Notes: generated by a model not told the origin, from the letters alone. DNA of 64,000 bases from Minisyncoccota bacterium (GCA_018062765.1 JAGORR010000001.1:356930-420929); one strand, 5' to 3'. Counted from the first letter of the stretch, positions 9,784 through 17,006 are shown. Program-made: numbers and translations.

Positions 9784-10053
9784 ATGAACGAAAGAGTAGA
9801 GATACCGCTTCTTGAGGGCATCAAAACGCAGATAGTGAATCCCATCATCACGCTTCTAGCGCTTGGAGCATTTGTAATGTTTCTTTGGGGTCTCGTCGTA
9901 TTCATATGGAATGCCGGGGATGCGGAGGCGCAGTCGACGGGGAAGCGCGTCATGCTGTGGGGTGTCATTGGGCTTGTTGTCATATTCGGTGCGTGGAGCA
10001 TTGTGGAGCTTATCGGAAGCACGATAGGGGTAGACCCAAATCAGTACCGGTAA
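9784..10053 (+). CDS. VirB2/TrbC-like pilin paralogue 5
   Basis: 89 aa. Module is GAFVMFLWGLVVFIWNAGDAEAQSTGKRVMLWGVIGLVVIFGAWSIVELIG. Confidence 0.65.
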   Translation: MNERVEIPLLEGIKTQIVNPIITLLALGAFVMFLWGLVVFIWNAGDAEAQSTGKRVMLWGVIGLVVIFGAWSIVELIGSTIGVDPNQYR

Positions 10054-10060
10054 AGAAGAA

Positions 10061-10090
10061 GGCCGCCGTCACCATCAGGTGCGGCGGCCT
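10061..10090. terminator. hairpin between convergent genes
   Basis: GGCCGCCG-tcaccatcaggtg-CGGCGGCC. Confidence 0.5.
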
Positions 10091-10103
10091 CAAGAGGAAA
10101 GAA

Positions 10104-10610
10104 CTAGTTCGGACCTTCTATCCAGTAATGGAAGACGAAGGGTTCTGCTGTAGAGCTTCGGATGCGAAATCCATCAGCAAACTCGCAGCCTTCTGCTGTC
10201 CAGTTGATCCAGGCTTCATGCACGTAGCACTGGGCCTCGTAGCCGCTCGTCTCTAGCACGTGAAGATCAGCGGCAGGGCAGTTTCTCGGCATCCAAAGCT
10301 CGGGAGCATGCGACCAGTCGTCTGGGGACGACTTGGCCGGAGCTATTCGCGCCTGGGGTCTCGTCTCGCCACTTGGCTTGCCGCAGATTGTTGGCACGTT
10401 TAAGCGCTCATCTTGAGACGAACTTCTGTAGCCACGCTCATTTGTAGCCTGCGTCGGATTCGATTCACCCCAAAACTGGAAGTGGTAGCCTAAGAATCCG
10501 AGCACGCTCAGAGCGATCGTAACCCAAAGCGCAATGTCCCACATGAAGGAATTGCCGCTCTTCTTCGCCTCACCAGGCGAGCCTGCTGAGGGTGTAGCGT
10601 GAGATGCCAC
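10104..10610 (-). CDS. hypothetical membrane-anchored protein, second gene of the SPFH operon
   Basis: 168 aa. One TM helix (IALWVTIALSVLGFLGYHF). Cys/Trp-containing C-terminal domain. Starts 12 nt after the upstream gene's stop. No family recognised. Confidence 0.55.
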   Translation of the reverse strand: MASHATPSAGSPGEAKKSGNSFMWDIALWVTIALSVLGFLGYHFQFWGESNPTQATNERGYRSSSQDERLNVPTICGKPSGETRPQARIAPAKSSPDDWSHAPELWMPRNCPAADLHVLETSGYEAQCYVHEAWINWTAEGCEFADGFRIRSSTAEPFVFHYWIEGPN

Positions 10611-10621
10611 AAGTTACTCCT

Positions 10622-11860
10622 TCAGATGTTCTTGGTTGCATTATGGCCGACAGCGGCGTCGAGAAGGCTGTTGCCGCTCGACTGCACGATGACCTTTTTT
10701 GCAGTCCCGCGCCGGGCTTGTACCCGGTCGAGAGCCTCGGTCAAGGTCATGATAGACTCCTTTGTTTTTTCAGAAGACTTTTCGGACGCCGCGACGAGCT
10801 TGAGCGCTTGCTCGAGTTCGGCATCGCTGTCCTTATCCTCGGCACGCTTCTCTGCGTCTTCCGCTGCGGCCTTGTTCTGTGCCAGTAGCATCACAGCATC
10901 TGGAGTGAGACGCGCGACGTTGAATCGCGTGATCTTAACACCAAGCTGCCGTACGTCACCGACACCGTTCGCAACCGCAGTGTTGAGGAAGAACTCAATC
11001 TCCTTCTCAACCTCGCGTTGCGCGGCGCGCTGCTCCTTCGCTTCGAGGCCCGCGCCTGCCTCAAGGAAGTAGGCTACGGGGTCGTCGATCGCTTTAAGCG
11101 TTCCGTCCTGAGTCTTCGCCTCGTAGTTCGTGGCAGTGATACCGAGACGTTTGATCTGCGCTTCGTCGACTTTCCCGCTTGCGTCGCGAGGAAGCTCAGC
11201 CATCTTGGTGTTCGCGATCATCGTGATGAGCTGAACGGATAGTGGAAGCTTGAGGAACAGGAACTGCTCCCAGGTATGGAAGAGTGCTGCACCACGCATG
11301 GCCTCCTTCGTCATGCCTTCAACGATGCTTCGGACGCCGTTCATGAGGCCGCTCTTGATCAACTCCTTCATGCGCTGAGGCCCGATCGGTCTTCCGCTGT
11401 CGTCCTTGGCTTCATGGTCTGGCTCGATCGTAAGATCGACCTTCACATCCACGGAACCGCCCGCGGTCTGTTTGCCCTCCTTGTCGGTCGCCTTGCAGGT
11501 GACCGAGAATGGGGCAAATTCGACATCGAGACGGGTTACGTCAATTGGTATCAGGCCGATTTCAAACGGCAGGTAGTCTGCCGTCATGTAGTCGCCTGGT
11601 CCGACGAGGATGTCCTGCGGTTCGCCATAGCAAGTCACCAAGGCGACATGCTGCGGCTTGGCAGAGACGTTCGTTTTCCAGCCCATCTTCACCATGAGGA
11701 TTCCGAGAGTGGCAAAGCTGACACCCATGAGGTAGTTCCCGTCGACTCGGTAGGCGAGAAACGCACAGAGCGCGCCGACCGCCATAAGTATGACGGCGAT
11801 GCGCCACAACTTCGAACTGAAGTCAGGACCGACTATGTATTGGCTTACAAGGTTCTTCAT
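10622..11860 (-). CDS. SPFH/band-7 (flotillin/prohibitin-like) membrane protein with coiled-coil tail
   Basis: 412 aa. Two N-terminal TM helices. SPFH-like core (HVALVTCYGEPQDILVGPGDYM..LPFEIGLIPIDVTRLDVEF). Ala/Glu/Lys-rich C-terminal coiled coil. Confidence 0.7.
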   Translation of the reverse strand: MKNLVSQYIVGPDFSSKLWRIAVILMAVGALCAFLAYRVDGNYLMGVSFATLGILMVKMGWKTNVSAKPQHVALVTCYGEPQDILVGPGDYMTADYLPFEIGLIPIDVTRLDVEFAPFSVTCKATDKEGKQTAGGSVDVKVDLTIEPDHEAKDDSGRPIGPQRMKELIKSGLMNGVRSIVEGMTKEAMRGAALFHTWEQFLFLKLPLSVQLITMIANTKMAELPRDASGKVDEAQIKRLGITATNYEAKTQDGTLKAIDDPVAYFLEAGAGLEAKEQRAAQREVEKEIEFFLNTAVANGVGDVRQLGVKITRFNVARLTPDAVMLLAQNKAAAEDAEKRAEDKDSDAELEQALKLVAASEKSSEKTKESIMTLTEALDRVQARRGTAKKVIVQSSGNSLLDAAVGHNATKNI

Positions 11861-11898
11861 TCCTATGACCCTCCTGGTCGTTAAGGTTCCCTGTATGT

Positions 11899-11927
11899 AT
11901 TATACACCACAGCCCACACAATGTCAA
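11899..11927 (-). promoter_or_regulatory. consensus sigma70 promoter of the SPFH operon (TTGACA-17 nt-TATAAT)
   Basis: Minus strand reads cTTGACAttgtgtgggctgtggtgTATAATac. RBS AGGAGGG lies before ATG 11860. Confidence 0.7.
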
Positions 11928-11974
11928 GCGTCAAATCAAGAAAAGAGCTCATAGGTACGGGCTCGTTTGTCGAT

Positions 11975-12128
11975 TGCTGGGGGAGGGCTTGGTCAGGCGC
12001 TCATTCGTCGCCGTCGCTCCTCACTCCGCCTGACCACCCTCGCGTGACAGACTTTGCTAAGTCTGTAGACCGCGCTCGGTTTCAAGTCTCCACCCCATGC
12101 CATTGCGGCTGCTTGCGCAGCCTTTATG
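11975..12128 (-). repeat. tRNA-trailer structured element, copy A (distal to tRNA-Leu-TAG)
   Basis: In tRNA orientation the order is:
- hairpin GGCTGC-gcaa-GCAGCC
- GGAGACTTGAA, antisense to the tRNA T-arm
- ACAGACTT-AGCA-AAGTCTGT
- GGTCAGGCG..(GAGTGAGG..GACG loop)..CGCCTGACC
- CAAGCCCTCCCCCAGCA, mimicking the tRNA 3' end. Confidence 0.8.
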
Positions 12129-12282
12129 TGCTGGGGAGGGCTTGGCGAAGCGTCTGCCGATCGTCGTCACTCCCGGCTCCGCTCGGCCCTGCTCGCACGA
12201 CACGGCGTGCTCGCCGCGTAGACCGTGCTTGCGTTCAAGTCTCCACCCATGCCTCTGCGCCAGGCTTGTGTCTGGTTACGTG
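12129..12282 (-). repeat. tRNA-trailer structured element, copy B (adjacent to tRNA-Leu-TAG)
   Basis: Also 154 nt. In tRNA orientation the order is:
- GCCT-ggcgcag-AGGC
- GGAGACTTGAAC
- ACGCGGCG-AGCA-CGCCGTGT
- GCCG-gGAGTGACGACGat-CGGC
- CCAAGCCCTCCCCAGCA. Confidence 0.8.
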
Positions 12283-12364
12283 TGCTGGGGAGGAGACTTG
12301 AACTCCTAACCCGTGAGGGACATGGTCCTAAGCCATGCGCGTATACCAATTCCGCCACCCCAGC
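12283..12364 (-). tRNA. tRNA-Leu (anticodon TAG), class II long variable arm
   Basis: Hand-folded. Acceptor GCTGGGG/CCCCAGC. Anticodon arm CATGG-cTTAGga-CCATG. T arm AGGAG-TTCAAGT-CTCCT. Discriminator A. No encoded CCA. Confidence 0.9.
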
Positions 12365-12416
12365 GTCCTTCACAGAATACTACGATTTGTTATATTGCGT
12401 TCTGTCGCGCCTATAG

Positions 12417-12489
12417 CTCAGTTGGTAGAGCAGATCCCTCTTAAGGATAAGGTCCCTGGTTCGAGCCCAGGTAGGCGCACTAACACGAA
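12417..12489 (+). tRNA. tRNA-Lys (anticodon CTT)
   Basis: Hand-folded. Acceptor GCGCCTA/TAGGCGC. Anticodon loop CTCTTAA. T arm CCTGG-TTCGAGC-CCAGG. Confidence 0.9.
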
Positions 12490-12639
12490 AAAGTCCTGGT
12501 CTGCACCAGGACTTTTCGGTTAGTGCGCGACGGAACCATGTTTTGCGAGCGCGCAAAACCGGTGAGCCAGGGTCGTAGCCTGAAGTGAGTGTCGACGAGC
12601 TTCAGGGCTATGACCACGTGCGAGGCACAGCGATGTTTT
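12490..12639 (+). repeat. tRNA-trailer structured element after tRNA-Lys
   Basis: Order:
- terminator-like H1 AAAAGTCCTGGT-ctgc-ACCAGGACTTTT
- TGCGCgaCGGAACCA (antisense-like to the tRNA 3' end)
- GTTTTGCG-AGCG-CGCAAAAC
- GGTCGTAGCCTGAAG-tgAGTGTCGACGag-CTTCAGGGCTATGACC
- ..GAGGCACA (compare tRNA end TAGGCGCA). Confidence 0.65.
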
Positions 12640-12725
12640 GTCTGCAGATAAAACCACGAGCCGGGATAGCGGAATTTCATGAATAATGACTAATGAAATA
12701 TCCGTGACCACAAATTGCAAAACGT

Positions 12726-13562
12726 TTAGATACCAGCGTACTTTCTGAATCGTCCAATTAGGTCAGTCGTGAGGGTCCCTGGCTTACCGCTGCCTACCTT
12801 ACGGTCATCGATGCGGATGACCGGCACTACGTCCTTGAACGACGAGGTGATAAACACCTCATCAGCGTTCCAAACGTCGTCCATGCTGACTGCGCGCTCT
12901 TCGGTCTTGTAACCGGCTTCAGCCGCAAGCTCTAGGATGACCTTCCTGGTAATGCCATGCAATACGCCCTCCTTCGCCGTGATAACCACTTTGTCCTTCA
13001 CGATGAACGCGTTTGATGTCGAGCACTCGAGCATGTTGCCGTTTGCGTGGTACAGGATTTCGAGTGCGTTCGCGGCTCGTCGCTTAGGCTGTAGCATCAC
13101 CGCATTTATGTAATTGATGGTCTTGTACTCCGGCATCATGCGCTGGTGCTCGCTCGTGATGAGAGAAACGCCATCAGTAAACACTTCGGGCGCAAGCACA
13201 AATGCCGGCTCGCAATTTATGAAGAATGTCTCGCGTCCAGGAACGTGCTCAAGCCCTCCGAGCGCTTCTCCGCCAGTAAGAACGACACGTACGGTTGCGC
13301 GCGTATCTGGTGAGTTGCGCTTGGCGATCTCTATCAGGGCAGCCTCAAACGCGTCGCGCTCGATAGGAATGGTAAGGGAGAGGGCAGCCGCTGACTTCAG
13401 TAACCGCTGCCAGTGGTCTTCGAAGCGAAACGGCTTTCCGCCAATGACCGTAATGCCCTCATAGACACCGTAGGAGCGTAGGACGCCGAGATCGAGGATG
13501 CCCACCTTCGCCTCCTGAAGCGGAAGAAATGCCCCATTAAGAAAGGCGACAGGCTCGTTCAT
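12726..13562 (-). CDS. class IV aminotransferase (branched-chain / D-amino-acid aminotransferase family)
   Basis: ORF track 12726..13700 runs into tRNA-Leu, so the start is taken at ATG 13562 (MNEPVAFLNG). Family pattern includes EYKTINY (PLP lysine region) and FITSSFKDVVPV. Confidence 0.85.
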   Translation of the reverse strand: MNEPVAFLNGAFLPLQEAKVGILDLGVLRSYGVYEGITVIGGKPFRFEDHWQRLLKSAAALSLTIPIERDAFEAALIEIAKRNSPDTRATVRVVLTGGEALGGLEHVPGRETFFINCEPAFVLAPEVFTDGVSLITSEHQRMMPEYKTINYINAVMLQPKRRAANALEILYHANGNMLECSTSNAFIVKDKVVITAKEGVLHGITRKVILELAAEAGYKTEERAVSMDDVWNADEVFITSSFKDVVPVIRIDDRKVGSGKPGTLTTDLIGRFRKYAGI

Positions 13563-13625
13563 CGGAGGATTATAACAGCAGTAATGTGTTATGGGTTTCT
13601 CGATATATGCTAGAACTAGTCGTAC

Positions 13626-13708
13626 GCCAGGGTGATGGAACGGTAGACATAGGGGACTTAAAATCCCCAGCTGTAACAAGCGTGTGGGTTCGACTCCCAC
13701 CCCTGGTA
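13626..13708 (+). tRNA. tRNA-Leu (anticodon TAA)
   Basis: Hand-folded. Acceptor GCCAGGG/CCCTGGT. Anticodon arm GGGGA-cTTAAaa-TCCCC. Long variable arm. T arm GTGGG-TTCGACT-CCCAC. Confidence 0.9.
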
Positions 13709-13738
13709 CTCGGTAGGGCGTGATAGGATTCTGCCATC

Positions 13739-13810
13739 GGCCCGATGGTGAAGTGGTAACACGGGGGACTGCAAATCCTCTATGCGCGGGTTCAATTCCC
13801 GCTCGGGCCT
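13739..13810 (+). tRNA. tRNA-Cys (anticodon GCA)
   Basis: Hand-folded. Acceptor GGCCCGA/TCGGGCC. Anticodon loop CTGCAAA. T arm GCGGG-TTCAATT-CCCGC. Confidence 0.9.
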
Positions 13811-13950
13811 CAAATTGGACGCGCAGCGTCTAATAGCGGGAATTGAAGGCCGTAGCTATATCGTGCGAGCACGCACGATTGCGAGGCGGGGTCACGAATA
13901 AGGTCTGCTCGACGGAGCAGACCTTATTCGTGACCAGTACCGCTCTGTCT
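13811..13950 (+). repeat. tRNA-trailer structured element after tRNA-Cys
   Basis: Order:
- GACG-cgcag-CGTC
- AGCGGGAATTGAA, an exact antisense of the tRNA-Cys segment TTCAATTCCCGCT
- ATCGTGCG-AGCA-CGCACGAT
- 20-bp hairpin GTCACGAATAAGGTCTGCTC-GACG-GAGCAGACCTTATTCGTGAC
- CAGTACCGCTCTGTCT (compare tRNA CAATTCCCGCTCGGGCCT). Confidence 0.75.
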
Positions 13951-14303
13951 TAAATTTGGTTCCCTAACTCATCCATTCGCTGACGGTTCTTCTCCCCAGC
14001 ATCGTGCTCAAACTTTACAGACGGAATGGCGCGCAGACGGGACTTCTGCTTGAGGAAGGTCCGGAATTCATCGCGGTTGCGATTTAAGAAATCTAGCGCG
14101 TAGGGAAGGGCGGTGTCAGGGAACACGGTGACGAACAAGGTGGCGCGGTCACCTCTTGAGGAGAGTACTGCGCGTGTCACCGTTATAAGCGATGTGTTAT
14201 TCGATTCGCGCGCAATAAACTCAGCCGCTAGATGCGCTACCTGCTCCTCGGCGCGCTCGCCGTGATGATTTGCCTTGCCGCCCCCGGTAAATGGAAGGCT
14301 CAT
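13950..14303 (-). CDS. rbfA: ribosome-binding factor A
   Basis: 117 aa. RbfA-like core (AEFIARESNNTSLITVTRAVLSSRGDRATLFVTVFPD). Overlaps the infB stop by 4 nt, matching the conserved infB-rbfA order. Confidence 0.85.
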   Translation of the reverse strand: MSLPFTGGGKANHHGERAEEQVAHLAAEFIARESNNTSLITVTRAVLSSRGDRATLFVTVFPDTALPYALDFLNRNRDEFRTFLKQKSRLRAIPSVKFEHDAGEKNRQRMDELGNQI

Positions 14304-15802
14304 GCTATATCCGTGCGAAAAGCTGCGACAACATCCCCGCCCTGCACCTCCGCCTTTGTCTCTATCTGCATACCAAAATCTCCTTCTACCTTAATCTCCG
14401 AGACATCCGCTCGTGCCTGCTGGAGGTTTACAATCTTTCCACGACCAATTTCTTCGTCCTGACGAAGTATCTTCACGAGCGCATTGAGAGCGAGCGTACC
14501 GGACACATGCTTTGCTCCGACAACCTTTTTCGTAGAGGTTGCACTGAAGACTTTAAGCAGTTTCGCCTCGCCGGTGACAGTCTCAACGTTTATTTTTGGC
14601 GTACGCTCGATTAGAAGTGCTTCTACACGCTCCTTGAGCTCGTAAATAATAGTAAATGTTTCTATGAGAACGCCAGAGCGCTCGGCGACATCGCGCGCAG
14701 CTGCATCGACGCTTACGGAGAACCCAATAACGACGCCTCCTGATGCTTGCGCGGTCTTTACGTCCGCTTCACCCACCGCGCCAATGCCCGTCTGGATGAT
14801 ACGGATAGCCGCACGCTCATGAGTAATCTTCGCGAGCTCGTGCTTGATTGCTTCTATGCTCCCCGTTACATCAGCCTTAATAACGAGTGCGAGGGTAGTG
14901 ATGCTGTCGTTTGTCTCCACATTCGCTGCTTGCTCCTTCTTGGCCTCGGCATTGAACGCCGTGGCAAGCGCCTCTGCGTCTTTGCGGGACTTTGCGGAGG
15001 AAAAGGGCGTGCCTGCAGGCGGAAGGATGGAAAACCCGGATATGCGTGCGGGCGCCGAGGGGAGTGCTGCATCGACGCGCTTTCCGGCGAAGTTCTCAAT
15101 AAATCGCACTGGTGCGTATGCGCCTCCTGCGACTACAAACGAGCCTGACGAGAGCGTGCCATCCTTGACTATCAAGGTCGCGGAAAGTCCCTGCTTAGGG
15201 TCCTGCGTGGATTCGAGAACGAATCCGGAGGCAGGAGCGTCCGCGTCAGCGGAAAGCTCTGCAAGGTCTGCGGTAAGAAGCACGAGATCCAAAAGTTCAG
15301 GCACGCCCACACCAGACTTTGAAGAGACGCCCGCGTATGGAATATCTCCGCCGAGTCCTTCGAGGTAGACACCGTTCTCAAGAAGCGATGACTTTGCGCG
15401 CTCCGCGTCAGCACCATTCTTATCAATCTTCGTGAGCGCGACGACGAACGGTGTCTTCGCCTCCTGAATCGACGCAAGTGCCTCCAGCGTCTGTGGCTTT
15501 ACGCCTTCATCGGCTGCGACGACGAGGATTGCGACATCAGCTACCGCAGCGCCGCGCGCGCGAAGCGCACGGAATGCCTCATGACCTGGGGTGTCGAGAA
15601 AGGTGATTTTGCGCACAGCGCCCTCGTGCTCGTGTAGAGCCTCGTATGCGGACACGTGTTGCGTGATGCCGCCTGCCTCGCCTGCGGTAACGTTCGCCTT
15701 ACGGATGTAGTCAAGCAAGGATGATTTGCCGTGGTCGATGTGACCCATAACAGCAACGATGGGAGGGCGTGGGGAGGCGGCCATATTCGCCGATTTCATC
15801 AC
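14300..15802 (-). CDS. infB: translation initiation factor IF-2 (short form lacking the N-terminal extension)
   Basis: 500 aa. G-domain VAVMGHIDHGKSSLLD, DTPGHEAF, TKID. C-terminal IF-2 domains are present. Confidence 0.95.
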   Translation of the reverse strand: MMKSANMAASPRPPIVAVMGHIDHGKSSLLDYIRKANVTAGEAGGITQHVSAYEALHEHEGAVRKITFLDTPGHEAFRALRARGAAVADVAILVVAADEGVKPQTLEALASIQEAKTPFVVALTKIDKNGADAERAKSSLLENGVYLEGLGGDIPYAGVSSKSGVGVPELLDLVLLTADLAELSADADAPASGFVLESTQDPKQGLSATLIVKDGTLSSGSFVVAGGAYAPVRFIENFAGKRVDAALPSAPARISGFSILPPAGTPFSSAKSRKDAEALATAFNAEAKKEQAANVETNDSITTLALVIKADVTGSIEAIKHELAKITHERAAIRIIQTGIGAVGEADVKTAQASGGVVIGFSVSVDAAARDVAERSGVLIETFTIIYELKERVEALLIERTPKINVETVTGEAKLLKVFSATSTKKVVGAKHVSGTLALNALVKILRQDEEIGRGKIVNLQQARADVSEIKVEGDFGMQIETKAEVQGGDVVAAFRTDIA

Positions 15803-15842
15803 GAAAATCGCCTTTTTGCAATGTTTTTTATATAGTGCGCAT

Positions 15843-17006
15843 ATGTTCAGGAACCTGTTTCAGAAGAAGCGAACGTATCTCGACTACGCAGCGAGCGCAC
15901 CGGCGTCGGTGCGGGCACTGCACGCACATGGAGAGGCGCTGCAGCTTGTCGGGAACCCGTCGTCCCCGCATACGGAAGGCCGTGCCGCAAAATCGCTTCT
16001 TGAGGGTGCGCGTACGCGCGTTGCGCGGGTGCTTTCGGTTAAATCGGACGATGTCATCTTTACCTCAGGTGCGACCGAGGCGAACAATATCGCGATTCAA
16101 GGGAACGTAATGTCCGCAAAAAGGCGAGGCGCCGCAGCGCCGCATGTTCTTTACCTCCCTAGCGCGCACGCTTCGGTCATTGAAACACTCAAATCTCTCT
16201 CACAATGGGGGGTGGTCATGGAACCGCTCGCGATACGAGACGGAGAAATCGATATAGAATATCTGAAGAAGCAGCTACGGCCAGATACCGTGCTCGTCGT
16301 GGTAGATATGGTGTGCGGGGAGACAGGAACGCTTTGGAATACGCGCGAAGTCGCACTTGCGCTTCGTGACACGAGCGCAAAGCTTCTCGTTGACGCGAGT
16401 CAGGCACCTTATACAGAGCAGATGGAGCGCACGCGCATTGCAGGTGACATCATTGTGCTCGATGCACAGAAGATTGGGGGCGTGCGGGGTACAGGTGTCC
16501 TTATTGCGCCGCGTATGCTCGGACTCATCCCGTATGCACATGGCGGCGGGCAGGAACGCGGGCTTTCACCTGGTACTGAGAACGTCGCAGGTGCAGTGGC
16601 TTTTGCGATAGCGCTCGAAGACGCTGAGCGCGAACGGGAGTCGCGGGTCACCGAATGGGAGCGAATGCGCAATGTGGTGATGGACGCCATAGCTGCCATT
16701 CCTGTTATCGAGATAAACGAAGGGAAGAAGCGTTCGCCACGCATACTCAATCTGTCGCTTCGTGGCCGCGATACCGATTATCTTGTCGCGCTTCTGGATG
16801 AAGCAGGATTCGCTGTTTCGACCAAAAGCGCCTGCGAATCCGATTCATCGCAAGGCTCGCGTGCAGTCACTGCTCTAACGCAGGACGAGGCGCGGGCGAC
16901 GTCGACGCTCCGTATCTCCTGGGGACCAGGCGTATCGATGCATGACCTGACACGTTTCGTTATCGCGCTCAAAAAGACCGTCGTATTCCTTGACGCATCC
17001 TTGTAG
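15843..17006 (+). CDS. cysteine desulfurase-like class V aminotransferase
   Basis: ORF track 15759..17006, with the start at ATG 15843 (MFRNLFQKK). Motifs are YLDYAASAP, FTSGATEANN and the PLP-lysine region DAQKIGGVRGTGVL. Confidence 0.8.
   Translation: MFRNLFQKKRTYLDYAASAPASVRALHAHGEALQLVGNPSSPHTEGRAAKSLLEGARTRVARVLSVKSDDVIFTSGATEANNIAIQGNVMSAKRRGAAAPHVLYLPSAHASVIETLKSLSQWGVVMEPLAIRDGEIDIEYLKKQLRPDTVLVVVDMVCGETGTLWNTREVALALRDTSAKLLVDASQAPYTEQMERTRIAGDIIVLDAQKIGGVRGTGVLIAPRMLGLIPYAHGGGQERGLSPGTENVAGAVAFAIALEDAERERESRVTEWERMRNVVMDAIAAIPVIEINEGKKRSPRILNLSLRGRDTDYLVALLDEAGFAVSTKSACESDSSQGSRAVTALTQDEARATSTLRISWGPGVSMHDLTRFVIALKKTVVFLDASL

Noticed and set aside
11921-12523. Small ORFs (11921..12301, 12097..12309, 12167..12373, 12225..12416, 12335..12523) covering the tRNA-Leu/tRNA-Lys region, and 28178..28532 at the second Leu locus.
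   Set aside because: They overlap hand-folded tRNAs and the structured trailer repeats, have no RBS, and are not conserved between the repeat copies at the protein level.
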